Source of the DNA: a virus
Direction: 5' to 3' (one strand)
IMG/VR virus record: IMGVR_UViG_3300032272_000002
Span: 96,001 to 160,000 of that record
DNA: 64,000 bases
Shown: in pieces, positions 17,281 through 26,907 of the stretch
Position numbering within the stretch: position 1 is the stretch's first letter
Layout of the letters: the number at the start of each line of letters is the position of its first letter
Notes under the pieces: generated by a model
What the model was told of the DNA's origin: nothing
What the model saw: the letters and a program-made list of their open reading frames with translations, nothing else
Database searches by the model: none
Program-made: the position numbers and the translations under genes

Positions 17281-19103
17281 TATACCCACTCCTGATTTGT
17301 TGCTGCCTGCGGGGCGGAAGGCTGTTGTCCAGCGATTGCCGCACGAACATCTTGGCGGCGACGATCCGAATCGGCTTGCTGATTACCGATAGCAATAAAC
17401 TGTTGTAATAGATTGTCGCGAGAGGTGCCACCGGCCAAGTGTTGTAACCACATCTTGGCACCAGCGGGATCAATCGCCGGATACTCTAGAACGTCTGTGT
17501 ACAACCAGTCAACAAACTGTTCGTCAGTAAGACCATCGGGGACGGGCTTAGAGTCAACGGTGGGGGCCGTCACAATGGGGCTATCCCATGTGTTTTCACG
17601 ATCCAGCGGCTTAATTTGATCTAGGACAAACTCCCACTGTTTCCATAGCTCGTTCCAGTCGTAATTATCCTCCACACACTTACGGGCTTCGCCACTAAGC
17701 TTTTGACGTAGGGCTGTATCGGTCACCCATTCGTGCAGCTTGTCAGCAAGCTGATCGATGTTGGGCAACGCTCTCTTGCACGAGGTCTCGGGCTCGTAGT
17801 AATAACGGTCCACCTCAATCGAGCCGCCGCCCTTGTGGCAGCCATACTCCTCTGCTGAAATACCGCTCTCCTTTAAGTGAGAGTATTCTGCGGGGAACCT
17901 GCCCTTCTCTGCCATGGCCGTGTAATCCACAACAAGCGTGGGAACACCACAAGCCTTGGCTTCTTGGATGGGCATGCCATCACCTTCGCAGATGGAGCAC
18001 TGCACGTAGATGTCCATAGCATTATACAGGCTGGCCAGTTCTTCTCGGGTATATCCCAAAGAGGTGTTCGGAGGCGAGCACTCTTGAGCACCACAATGAG
18101 GGCAGGGAAGCTTGATGCGACCGCCCTCTAGGGGACGATTCCAAAGATGGATAGCAAATGTGATAGACGTTTCGCCACAGGCTCCACACTTCATGGACTG
18201 TAAAACATCTCCACGAATACCCTTGCGTGCATTCTCCATCCACTCATAAGAATCCAGACGCATGACGTGTCGCGGATAATCAAACGAATGTGCGTTGTCG
18301 GGCCACGACGAATGAATCATCAACACAGCCTTGTCCACCGCATCATCACCCTTATACTTAATCTTCATGCGAGAGAACGCATCAATTAGATCAGGATAAA
18401 GTTTACGACTCTGGTTACGCATAACCGTACCGATCACCACATTCTCAGACGTGAGATTGAAGTGTGCCTTGGCGTCTGCCTTGACGATAGGCTTGAACGT
18501 CGCAAGGTCTACACCAGGCCGCATCGGCTTGGGTAGAATCTTCATCTTGGGACGCACGCCTTGCTGGGTAGGGATTTGACTGGTCTGACGACGCAGCGTA
18601 TGAATGCCATAATCAGAATAACAGAGAACTACGTTCGCGTTTTCATAGGTTTGAACCCACTCCTCTTGCTGAGGCTCAGCGTCCACAGTGGGCATGACTA
18701 CCCACTTAAACCAATCGCGGAACACGCTTCTCTCCTGAAACTCAAGCATCCACCAGTCGCGAATATCTACCACGATATCAGGCTGGAAGTCAGCACAGGC
18801 TCCCTCGAATTTCCACTCACCAAACTGGTTGGTGTTCTGACCCCGCGTACGAGGATGAGGATTGGGCTGAGAAAAAACCTGTTGTTCTTCTGGGGTAGTC
18901 GGCATAGTGCCATAGAACTTCCAGCGACCATCAATAAACTCCGCTACGCGGGGATCATCTTGGCGAGCATATGAACCAAGCTCTGCAATTTCATACTTGC
19001 CAGTCTCTACTAGACGTGGTAATAGTTCTCGGTAGTAAGTAGAAAAACCAGTATGTAAAAAACTGGCTTCTCCTACGAATAGGATTCTCTTTTTTCTTTC
19101 CAT
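17280..19103 (-). CDS. GT4 glycosyltransferase with zinc-ribbon insertion and C-terminal DUF4214-like domain
   Basis: TGFSTY, RNQSRK, EGDGMPIQEAKACGVP; insert CGAC...CPHC; C-terminal EQFVDWLYTDVL..DPAGAKMW..L..GTSR. Confidence 0.85.
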   Translation of the reverse strand: MERKKRILFVGEASFLHTGFSTYYRELLPRLVETGKYEIAELGSYARQDDPRVAEFIDGRWKFYGTMPTTPEEQQVFSQPNPHPRTRGQNTNQFGEWKFEGACADFQPDIVVDIRDWWMLEFQERSVFRDWFKWVVMPTVDAEPQQEEWVQTYENANVVLCYSDYGIHTLRRQTSQIPTQQGVRPKMKILPKPMRPGVDLATFKPIVKADAKAHFNLTSENVVIGTVMRNQSRKLYPDLIDAFSRMKIKYKGDDAVDKAVLMIHSSWPDNAHSFDYPRHVMRLDSYEWMENARKGIRGDVLQSMKCGACGETSITFAIHLWNRPLEGGRIKLPCPHCGAQECSPPNTSLGYTREELASLYNAMDIYVQCSICEGDGMPIQEAKACGVPTLVVDYTAMAEKGRFPAEYSHLKESGISAEEYGCHKGGGSIEVDRYYYEPETSCKRALPNIDQLADKLHEWVTDTALRQKLSGEARKCVEDNYDWNELWKQWEFVLDQIKPLDRENTWDSPIVTAPTVDSKPVPDGLTDEQFVDWLYTDVLEYPAIDPAGAKMWLQHLAGGTSRDNLLQQFIAIGNQQADSDRRRQDVRAAIAGQQPSAPQAATNQEWV

Positions 19104-19105
19104 GG

Positions 19106-19762
19106 TCAGACGATATTCTGGATAGCAATTCTAATACGCGATTTCAAACTAGACTCTAAATTATAGAACTTCTTAACCGAAATATCCATTTCGTCAGCCA
19201 TCTCTTTGGCCGACTTATCGCCCAAAATACGTTCACGTAAAATCCGGCTGTCAGTGTCATTTTGCACAACGGATTCTAGGAACTGTTCGATGTATAGCGA
19301 CTCCGGAATTTCTTCTGGTTCAACTTCCATAGACACAGCATGACGGCGAGTGTACGCAAGCCTCAAATCATATACCTTGTTCTCCGTCCAGGCACGCCCA
19401 GGGTATCTTTCATTGAGGATGGCAGCAATCTCGACATCCGTCTTACCAGCCTCTACAAACTTATTAATTTTAGCTCCCATTTCTGTCACACGATGGTCAA
19501 CCGTGAACACGCCTAGGAAGCGGGCGGCTTCATTATAGATGTCTTGTCTTACACAACTACAAACATAAGATTTGATATTACGTCCACAGGTGGGGTCATA
19601 GGTACGGAGTGCTCGAAGCACTGCGAGTTGCCCGACTTGGAATAAATCATCTACACAGATCGATGGCGAAGAGGTTACGGCAGTGTATGCGACCTTGCGA
19701 ATAAAGCCAGCGTAACCTTCTAGTGCCCGTAATAGTTCCTCGTCATTCAGTGTCATAGTCAT
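19106..19762 (-). CDS. RNA polymerase sigma-70 family factor
   Basis: Region 2 DDLFQVGQLAVLRALRTYDP..IKSY and a region 4 HTH (SAKEMADEMDISVKK). Confidence 0.85.
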   Translation of the reverse strand: MTMTLNDEELLRALEGYAGFIRKVAYTAVTSSPSICVDDLFQVGQLAVLRALRTYDPTCGRNIKSYVCSCVRQDIYNEAARFLGVFTVDHRVTEMGAKINKFVEAGKTDVEIAAILNERYPGRAWTENKVYDLRLAYTRRHAVSMEVEPEEIPESLYIEQFLESVVQNDTDSRILRERILGDKSAKEMADEMDISVKKFYNLESSLKSRIRIAIQNIV

Positions 19763-20126
19763 GGGGTCGATCCATAATCTTAATGAACCCATCTGCTGAT
19801 TGGGTCACTAGAATAATCTCACGTTGTTCACTTTCGTCAACCCCTGCTTCTCTATTTATTTCATTATCTAGAGATCCCAAGACATTAATTAAGCGGCCAC
19901 GTAGGCCACCCTCATCTTGACAGCGGGCAATGTAGTGAGCAAAGGAGCCTAGAGCAACTACCTTACGAAAGATGGATCGTACTTCGATGTCTTTCGATTT
20001 GCGATAGCCGATGTTGCAGGCGATAGTAAAGATAGCACGAGATGTGCGGTCAGCGTCTTCTAGGTTATAAAACTTAGCATCGCCAGTGGCACGGCCCATG
20101 AGTTGCACACGGGCGTAATCATACAT
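19743..20126 (-). CDS. ssb: Single-stranded DNA-binding protein (OB fold)
   Basis: VQLMGRATGD, FTIACN, GRLINVLGSL; acidic end. Confidence 0.65.
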   Translation of the reverse strand: MYDYARVQLMGRATGDAKFYNLEDADRTSRAIFTIACNIGYRKSKDIEVRSIFRKVVALGSFAHYIARCQDEGGLRGRLINVLGSLDNEINREAGVDESEQREIILVTQSADGFIKIMDRPHDYDTE

Positions 20127-20316
20127 CGGTCTTTTCTCTCCGAAACCACATCGAAGGCAATTGAATGGGCATCATGGCTTCCCAGCCATCCTCGCCACGC
20201 TTGTTCATTTTCTCTTTGATAACTTCTTCGACCTTAAATTGTTCGGTCAGCCCCATCTCTAGGGCGGCGACCTGTTCTTCGTTAAAAATTGACTCGTAAT
20301 CGTATTCGTATTTCAT
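20119..20316 (-). CDS. Small hypothetical protein (DUF4177-like)
   Basis: KYEY..MNKRGEDGWE..FRR pattern. Confidence 0.55.
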   Translation of the reverse strand: MKYEYDYESIFNEEQVAALEMGLTEQFKVEEVIKEKMNKRGEDGWEAMMPIQLPSMWFRREKTDV

Positions 20317-23300
20317 GATAAACGTTCTACCTTGTCAGCGATGTAAGACCCACGATTGTTGATCTTGCCATACACCTTTATCACATTCCCCTCTTCTAAC
20401 AGAGCTTCACAACGCTTGAAAGTCTGGGGGAATACTACAATACCATCTAAGGAATAAGTCTTGTCTCTGCCGGTCACAAAGGCCATTGGTTCGCCCTTAG
20501 TCTTGGTGAGGATGACTCGTACGCTGTCTAGACAGACTGCAATTTCGAATGCTGTATCGGGCTCGCCACTCTTGATGAGATCCACGCACTTGTCGGGGGC
20601 ACGGAACACGTCGGCCTCAGAGCCGCTCAGAGAAACTCCCAGATAGAACTTCTCCCACACAATGTTCTGCATGGCACTATCGAACAGGTTCACCCCGTCG
20701 TGCTCCTGGAGAGCATCACGCAATTTCCTGCGTCGGGCGATATCGGGCGGCCTCTTCAGTTCGTAGTGCTCTTTGATGGCCTCGCACTTCTTTTCATCAG
20801 AAAGACCACGCACAACCCGAATCCATTCAGAGCTAGTCAGCCCCTCTTTCTCAGCCAGTTCAAAGACTGTTACTTTTTCTTTTGGAGTGAGGAAGCTGAA
20901 CAGCCTATAGCGGGCGAGCATTCTCACGCGGTGTTCCCCGAGATCGCCAAACGCACCAGACTTAATTAAGGCATCTACTACTGTTGTGCTGACACCAGGC
21001 TTCACGTCGATACTGGCAGCCAGGAAGCCGTCAAAGTCAGTCACGTTCTTGGCGAGCGAGATAGCTCTACGTGCTGCGGCATCTCCCACACCCTTGAGGG
21101 CTGTAAGCCCGAACGCGATATGGGTATCATCAGTAATAGCAAAGTCAATAATATCTGCTGCGGAATTACCCGGCTGTTGTACTAACGGCGGTGTCACTTC
21201 GATACCGAAGAGCTTAGCGTCGTACATCAATGCACTCATACGCTCGAATTTGTCGGGCGAGTCTTTCGCGTGGCGAAGTTTGGCACAGATGAACTCCAGT
21301 GTGTAGTTGGCCTTGAGGTAAGCGGTTTCGTAGGCAAGTAGGGCGTAGCCCACGCCGTGCGATTTGTTGAAACCGTAGCCCGCGAACTTGTCAACGTAGC
21401 CCCAGATCTTGGCCGCTGTCGATGCGGCGATGCCATTCTTGACACAGCCATCAGAAAAGACGGCTTTCCACTTAGCCATTTCTTCGGGCTTCTTCTTGCC
21501 CATAGCCTTACGAACCTTGTCCGCATCGACGAGCGAAAGACCGGCGAGCTGCTTACAGATCTCAATAACCTGCTCTTGATACAAGAGGGCCGACTTGGTT
21601 TTGCTCATGATAGGCTTAAGAGCAGAGTGAATGTAGACCGGCTTGTCTTCTCCAAACTTCACACCTTTGTACTTGGTGTGCATATCCGACTCCATGGGGC
21701 CAGGACGAATAATGGACACAAGGTCAGATAGCTCCTCGATACTTTCGGGTTCGATGTTCTTCGACCAGATTCTACCGAGTTGCTTTTCGATTTGAAATAC
21801 ACCAATAGTAAAACCCTGGCCGAGCATGGCAAATGTCGCACCGTCAGTCAGTGGCATAGTGTCACGGGAGATATCTAAGCCTCTACGCTTGTTGACCAAC
21901 TTACGGGTCACGTCGATGTCGTCGAGTGTGCTGAGGCCGAGGATGTCAAGCTTTAGTAGGTGAAGAGTGTCAACCGTATCCATATCCCAACCGAAGATTA
22001 GGGCACCATCTTTTGAGCGTGCGAGTGGATACGGACTAGATTCAAACGGAGTATCAGAGATGACAACCGCAGCGGCGTGAATACCCGTGGTCTTGTAGCA
22101 GCCCTCAAGGTCGCTAGCAATCTTGAACCATGCGGGGTACTTCTGCTCATACTTACGCAGCTCTGGCGACAGGGCCAATGCCTCTTCTAGAGTCGGATCT
22201 GTGTGATCGTCATTCTTGCCGGGCACACATGCCGTGATCTTGTTTGCCTCTTCGAAGTCCATATCATATGTACGGAACACTTCCTTGAGGACAGCCTTAG
22301 CTTTGAGACTATTGTAGTTGACAATCTGTGCAACATTACTGCGACCGAAACGATCACGAATATACTCAAGCACTTCCTGGCGACGTGATCGCGGAACGTC
22401 AGTATCAATGTCGGGCAGACCGCCACGCCCCTTGTTTAAGAATCGTTCCCAAATCAAGCCATACTCTAGCGGATCAATATTAGTAATGCCAAGAACATAA
22501 CTTACCAGACTGCCGCCAACACTACCTCGGCCATAGCCCATCAAGATGTCATTCTTATGGCAATAGTTGATAACGTCATGGACGATCAAAAAGTAATCAG
22601 CAAACCCCATGTCCTCAATATCAGCCAACTCGCGGTCAAGACGGTCTCTGTATTCTTTTGCCACGGAGGCCGCTTCGGCAACATTGAACTTGCTAAAAAG
22701 ACCACCATATGCAAGCTCACGAAGATGCCCCATAGAAGTCTTACCGTCTGGTACAAATGCATACTTAGGAAGCCTATGCTTCTTAAGATCAATATTAACG
22801 TTACAGCGGGAAGCTACCTCAAGAGCCGCATCAAGTTCAGTGGAAAGGAGGTTTTCTGATTCTAGGAGGTCTTCGCGGCTCTTGAGGTAGTACTCTTCTT
22901 CGTCAAAGCTGGTCTTCGTTAGTCTGTTATACCTATTATTTTCCATTGAAAGCAAGGTACGATGAGACTCTGCGTCAGGAGCATTAACGTAGTGAACATT
23001 GTTGGTGGCCACAGTAGTTAGGTCATACTTAGTGGCGATAGCACGTAGCTTATTGTTTACATCTTCCTGCACAGGATCGTCTGTGTCCTGCACCTCTAGG
23101 AAGAAGTGGTCCTTGTCAAAGATTTTAAGGAAGCGACGAATTAACGCCTCGGCACGGAACGGTGCCGCCTTGCCCATGACTTCCCCATGTTCATCGGTAC
23201 GGTCAAACAAAAGAGACGGAATAATACCATCGCGAGTATTGCCCGTTAGCACAATCACGCCCTCGTTATACTTCTCTAATAGTTCGAAGTCAATACGTGG

Positions 23301-23648
23301 GTTGTAGAAGAAGTGCTCTGGATCATTCGATAGCGAGATCAGTCTAGTAATATTCTGCCAGCCAATATCATTCTCAGCCAGTAACACGATATGATTGAAC
23401 TGACGTGCCTTCTGTACACGCAGCTCAGCAGCATCTTCACAGAAGAATAAAGTCGCACCAAGAATTGGCTTAACGCCCTCGTCCATCGCTGTACGATAGA
23501 AACTAATGGCGTCATAAACGTTGCCATAGTCTGTCAGAGCGACTGCGGGTTGTCCTAGTTCTTTGGCACGTTTGACCAAAGCTTTCGTGTCAGCCGAGGC
23601 GTATAGCATCGACGCCTTCGAGTGAACGTTAAGATGTGCGAATGTCAT
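20313..23648 (-). CDS. dnaE: DNA polymerase III alpha subunit
   Basis: PHP domain (HLNVHS, ALTD), GRGS, PDIDTD, KLDILGL, YQEQ, YGFNKSH, C-terminal OB fold. Confidence 0.97.
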   Translation of the reverse strand: MTFAHLNVHSKASMLYASADTKALVKRAKELGQPAVALTDYGNVYDAISFYRTAMDEGVKPILGATLFFCEDAAELRVQKARQFNHIVLLAENDIGWQNITRLISLSNDPEHFFYNPRIDFELLEKYNEGVIVLTGNTRDGIIPSLLFDRTDEHGEVMGKAAPFRAEALIRRFLKIFDKDHFFLEVQDTDDPVQEDVNNKLRAIATKYDLTTVATNNVHYVNAPDAESHRTLLSMENNRYNRLTKTSFDEEEYYLKSREDLLESENLLSTELDAALEVASRCNVNIDLKKHRLPKYAFVPDGKTSMGHLRELAYGGLFSKFNVAEAASVAKEYRDRLDRELADIEDMGFADYFLIVHDVINYCHKNDILMGYGRGSVGGSLVSYVLGITNIDPLEYGLIWERFLNKGRGGLPDIDTDVPRSRRQEVLEYIRDRFGRSNVAQIVNYNSLKAKAVLKEVFRTYDMDFEEANKITACVPGKNDDHTDPTLEEALALSPELRKYEQKYPAWFKIASDLEGCYKTTGIHAAAVVISDTPFESSPYPLARSKDGALIFGWDMDTVDTLHLLKLDILGLSTLDDIDVTRKLVNKRRGLDISRDTMPLTDGATFAMLGQGFTIGVFQIEKQLGRIWSKNIEPESIEELSDLVSIIRPGPMESDMHTKYKGVKFGEDKPVYIHSALKPIMSKTKSALLYQEQVIEICKQLAGLSLVDADKVRKAMGKKKPEEMAKWKAVFSDGCVKNGIAASTAAKIWGYVDKFAGYGFNKSHGVGYALLAYETAYLKANYTLEFICAKLRHAKDSPDKFERMSALMYDAKLFGIEVTPPLVQQPGNSAADIIDFAITDDTHIAFGLTALKGVGDAAARRAISLAKNVTDFDGFLAASIDVKPGVSTTVVDALIKSGAFGDLGEHRVRMLARYRLFSFLTPKEKVTVFELAEKEGLTSSEWIRVVRGLSDEKKCEAIKEHYELKRPPDIARRRKLRDALQEHDGVNLFDSAMQNIVWEKFYLGVSLSGSEADVFRAPDKCVDLIKSGEPDTAFEIAVCLDSVRVILTKTKGEPMAFVTGRDKTYSLDGIVVFPQTFKRCEALLEEGNVIKVYGKINNRGSYIADKVERLS

Positions 23649-24301
23649 TATTCTTTTGGCTTGCCGGGAAGACGATCTTTGGAGATATTGCGTGTGCGTT
23701 GCATTTTCTTGAGACGTGCCTTGTTGCGTTTCTCGAACTCAGTAGCCTTGTATTCGCCGGGAGCATTGGCATCGCCAGTCACAGGATCGGCCACGCCATA
23801 CTTACGCCAAACATCCTCTACACGAACCTTCGTTTTAAAGTTCGAGAACTCTGCATAAGATAGAGAGGCATCATCACAAGCTTTTAGTTTGCAGCCACAA
23901 CGCTTCCCGTTCTCCTTAGTATGTTGACACGAGATGACCTTCTGGTCAATCAATTCCGGCAATTCGTCGATGCTGCCCTCAACATTCTCACGATCATCGT
24001 AAGAAGGCCCCCATGAAACACCTAGGCGTCGAGCAGATCTACCAAACGTACCCACCATAGTTAAATGACCATGGCGACACTGATAAGACTTCTGATCGAA
24101 AATTTTATCCGCTTCGTTATAAACTGTCGTGAGCTGCTTATTCTCTGGACTACAGTCTGGACAAACCTTTTTGAGTTTACTACATTGCTCAATGAACTTA
24201 CTAACTTTACTGGGAGGGATATTCAGTTCTACCGTATGTCCGTGATCCCAGCATCTCATAACTAATTTACTCATCGTCTTCGTATGCTCCTGAGCGTTCA
24301 A
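23648..24301 (-). CDS. Cys/His-rich hypothetical protein (possibly zinc-binding)
   Basis: CxxGH-type motif twice (CWDHGH, CRHGH), CPDC, CQH..CGC. Confidence 0.7.
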   Translation of the reverse strand: MNAQEHTKTMSKLVMRCWDHGHTVELNIPPSKVSKFIEQCSKLKKVCPDCSPENKQLTTVYNEADKIFDQKSYQCRHGHLTMVGTFGRSARRLGVSWGPSYDDRENVEGSIDELPELIDQKVISCQHTKENGKRCGCKLKACDDASLSYAEFSNFKTKVRVEDVWRKYGVADPVTGDANAPGEYKATEFEKRNKARLKKMQRTRNISKDRLPGKPKE

Positions 24302-24884
24302 CCCAAAGATAATCTACAACACCGAACTCAATAGCCTGTTCGGCGGTGTAATAAATGTTACCTTCTTTTTTAGCCTGGCCTCTCCAGAAAGCAACAGTTT
24401 TGCTAGAGTGTTTTGCTAGCAGTCTATACCAACGTTCCTCGATCTCGCGATGATGAGCGATCTCAGTTTCCAGATGCCCAAGGCGATTCGGCCCCTCGCC
24501 CTCTGCGTAGTCACTAGATTGGTGAAACATAAATGCAGTATTGGGACAAGCATAACGCTTCCCCGCCGTGCCTACTGCCACTAGAAGCGGGGCAGCACTC
24601 TGACATTTACCTACAGCTACAGTAACAATAGGACAAGTGACCGTGTTGATAACGTCATATAGACCAAACATTTCATACATCTCACCGCCATATGAGCTGA
24701 TGAATAGTTCAATGGGCTTCTTATGATCGTCAGATTGGAAATAGTAAATACCCTTAATAACGTTGGCGATATTGATTTCGTTAATTTCATTCAGGAACAG
24801 GCGGCGATTCACGCGGTCAATACCATATTCCATCATGACCTCAAGGTCATCGTGGGTCATCTTTTCTTCTGGTTCATCACTCAT
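24267..24884 (-). CDS. clpP: ClpP-family protease subunit
   Basis: IELFISSYGG, GKCQSAA (Ser), FMFHQ (His), TAEQAIEFGVVD. Confidence 0.9.
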   Translation of the reverse strand: MSDEPEEKMTHDDLEVMMEYGIDRVNRRLFLNEINEINIANVIKGIYYFQSDDHKKPIELFISSYGGEMYEMFGLYDVINTVTCPIVTVAVGKCQSAAPLLVAVGTAGKRYACPNTAFMFHQSSDYAEGEGPNRLGHLETEIAHHREIEERWYRLLAKHSSKTVAFWRGQAKKEGNIYYTAEQAIEFGVVDYLWVERSGAYEDDE

Positions 24885-25849
24885 GGGTTAGGCTTAAAGG
24901 CTTTTTGCCACTTAGATGCACAGACTCCGGTGTCACATAGCGAGCGGCATTTCCATGCCCACCGTTTCTCGAAATCACTATTGTCCTGGACAATTCGAGT
25001 GATCCAATCTGTGCTCTCGATCTCATTAATCTTATCACAAACGTACGCCTCGGTCTCAGCGTCCTCTTCTGCCGTGAAGGCTAGGGTGATGGGACTCTTG
25101 GTAAAGTAGTCGAACGTCAATAGAACGTTCTTGTACTTATATCCTTTGTTATTGATATCTTCGATGAATTCCTTACGGGCGGCGAGCGAGTACATCTTAA
25201 TCTGAATGTCTTCTCGACACTCTTCGTATGTCTGTGTCCACTTGCCAGTCTTGTAATCATAAATCCTAATGGTGTCCTCATCCTCTTCGATGACGAGATC
25301 CATAATGCCAATCATGGGCACGTCCGTACCGACGACAGGTAGTCGATACGCATACTCAGCTCCAGCGATTCTGCCCTGGTCATCGCGTAAAATCTTATCC
25401 CAGGCGTCTGCATAATTGTCAATGACGGTTTCCAACATAGTGATAGAACTGTCAAATAACATTCTCGCACAACCAGACAGGTTGTCAAGCGGCTCCTTGG
25501 AAATAATACAATCATTTTCACCCTTGTAGCAACACGAGTCGCATTGGGGCTTCTGATTGTGGAATTCCTGTGGCTTAGCCCATCTAAGTGGTGACTCCAT
25601 GATGGTTGGTTTGCCGTAACGATCAAACGTCTCCAGCGTGCCAGCATAGCCGCGATACAAACGATCCATCCAGTCTGGATCTGCACCGTTAGACTTAAAC
25701 TCTAAGATGTCATGGAGGAGAGAACCGTGTGCCGCACCCCAGTTGGACTTAAGCTCTACCTCTGGCGAATGATATGTAAGCCAGTACTTGAACTTACACA
25801 TGTCAAAGGTCTTAATGCGACTAGGTGAAATTGATTTTAATTTTAGCAT
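24881..25849 (-). CDS. PD-(D/E)XK exonuclease, Cas4/RecB/AddB-like with Fe-S cysteines
   Basis: SPSRI..C, HGSLLH, GIMDL, DYKTG, QIKMY, C-terminal CxxxCxxxxC. Confidence 0.85.
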   Translation of the reverse strand: MLKLKSISPSRIKTFDMCKFKYWLTYHSPEVELKSNWGAAHGSLLHDILEFKSNGADPDWMDRLYRGYAGTLETFDRYGKPTIMESPLRWAKPQEFHNQKPQCDSCCYKGENDCIISKEPLDNLSGCARMLFDSSITMLETVIDNYADAWDKILRDDQGRIAGAEYAYRLPVVGTDVPMIGIMDLVIEEDEDTIRIYDYKTGKWTQTYEECREDIQIKMYSLAARKEFIEDINNKGYKYKNVLLTFDYFTKSPITLAFTAEEDAETEAYVCDKINEIESTDWITRIVQDNSDFEKRWAWKCRSLCDTGVCASKWQKAFKPNP

Positions 25850-26907
25850 GACTGAGAAAGGGGATGAAAAGTATCCCTGATCTCTTCTCCTTCCATGTCA
25901 CCTGGGTCAACCCCAAGGGGAAGCTCAACACGATGCAGTCGGAATAGATCACCAACTACTTTGTGAATTCGCTCCCAGGCGACTTCGCTTGATGTGGGTT
26001 TGTTAGGTTGTTTTCTAGGGTCATTGTCGTAAGCAACGTACAGGTCCGATACACCATGCTGAATCAGCAGGGATCGATGAGCGGGACCAAACGCAGTGCT
26101 TAGGGATGCAACCCAATTATAAATGCCATACATATCCAGCTTGAAGCCGTCAAGCGGACCTTCAACCAGAATCATGCGACCATGAGGACGCAAGAACGTC
26201 TTGGCATTATTGAGATTAAATAAGATAGAGCCCGTAAATAACGAGTCATCTTCCTTTGGCAGTCTGTCGAAGTAACGACCATGCAGCCATTTGTTATAGT
26301 CTAAGTCACGCTCCGCAAACCACTCCGGATCCCTGACAGTTCTCCCAGTAAAGCCCACGAGAAAGTTGTCTTGGTCTCTTACTGGAATAACTACTCTATC
26401 GTGCATATAGCTACCAACGCGGTTCCAAGACCCAACATTGAATTTGTCCAATACTTCTGGGCTGTATCCACGGTTCAATAGGTACTGTGGGTGCTTCTTC
26501 AAGAAGCGTAAACGGGTTTCATCAAGGGGCTCATGAACATGAATGGCACCAGGCTTGCGGCGAACCGGGGACGGAAGATTGTCCACGTCAATATCGTCGC
26601 CTAAGACTTTTGCAAGCCAGCGAACAGCACTTGGAAAATCACACTCAAGAACACTGCGAACCAGACCAAAGATGTCGTTACCAAATTGATCTTGACAGTG
26701 GTGAGTCCAGCACATCCAATAACCAATGTCCATACGCCAGCTAAAAGCCGTGGCGTTATCACCGTCGCCACCGTGCTGCTTACACGGACATAGTGCCTGA
26801 ATAAGATTGCCTCGATCATTATATGTAACGCCCAACTTGTCTAACACCAGAGTAATCTGGCGATTTGCATTGAGGCGTAACTGATCTTTATTAGTCGTCG
26901 TCGTCAT
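25843..26907 (-). CDS. dnaG: DNA primase
   Basis: Zinc finger CPCKQH..CWTHHC, GFTGR, TOPRIM VEGPLD and YDND. Confidence 0.9.
   Translation of the reverse strand: MTTTTNKDQLRLNANRQITLVLDKLGVTYNDRGNLIQALCPCKQHGGDGDNATAFSWRMDIGYWMCWTHHCQDQFGNDIFGLVRSVLECDFPSAVRWLAKVLGDDIDVDNLPSPVRRKPGAIHVHEPLDETRLRFLKKHPQYLLNRGYSPEVLDKFNVGSWNRVGSYMHDRVVIPVRDQDNFLVGFTGRTVRDPEWFAERDLDYNKWLHGRYFDRLPKEDDSLFTGSILFNLNNAKTFLRPHGRMILVEGPLDGFKLDMYGIYNWVASLSTAFGPAHRSLLIQHGVSDLYVAYDNDPRKQPNKPTSSEVAWERIHKVVGDLFRLHRVELPLGVDPGDMEGEEIRDTFHPLSQSC

Noticed and set aside
1-19103. Bacterial capsule/O-antigen locus (host DNA flanking a prophage)
   Set aside because: Continuous same-strand coupling with phage replication genes, and no export/polymerase genes, integrase or att site seen.
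15985-19103. DNA glucosylation (hypermodification) system
   Set aside because: No hydroxymethylase, TET/JBP or thymidylate-synthase-like partner is seen in the window, and the number and diversity of GTs exceed known DNA-modification sets. Not fully excluded.
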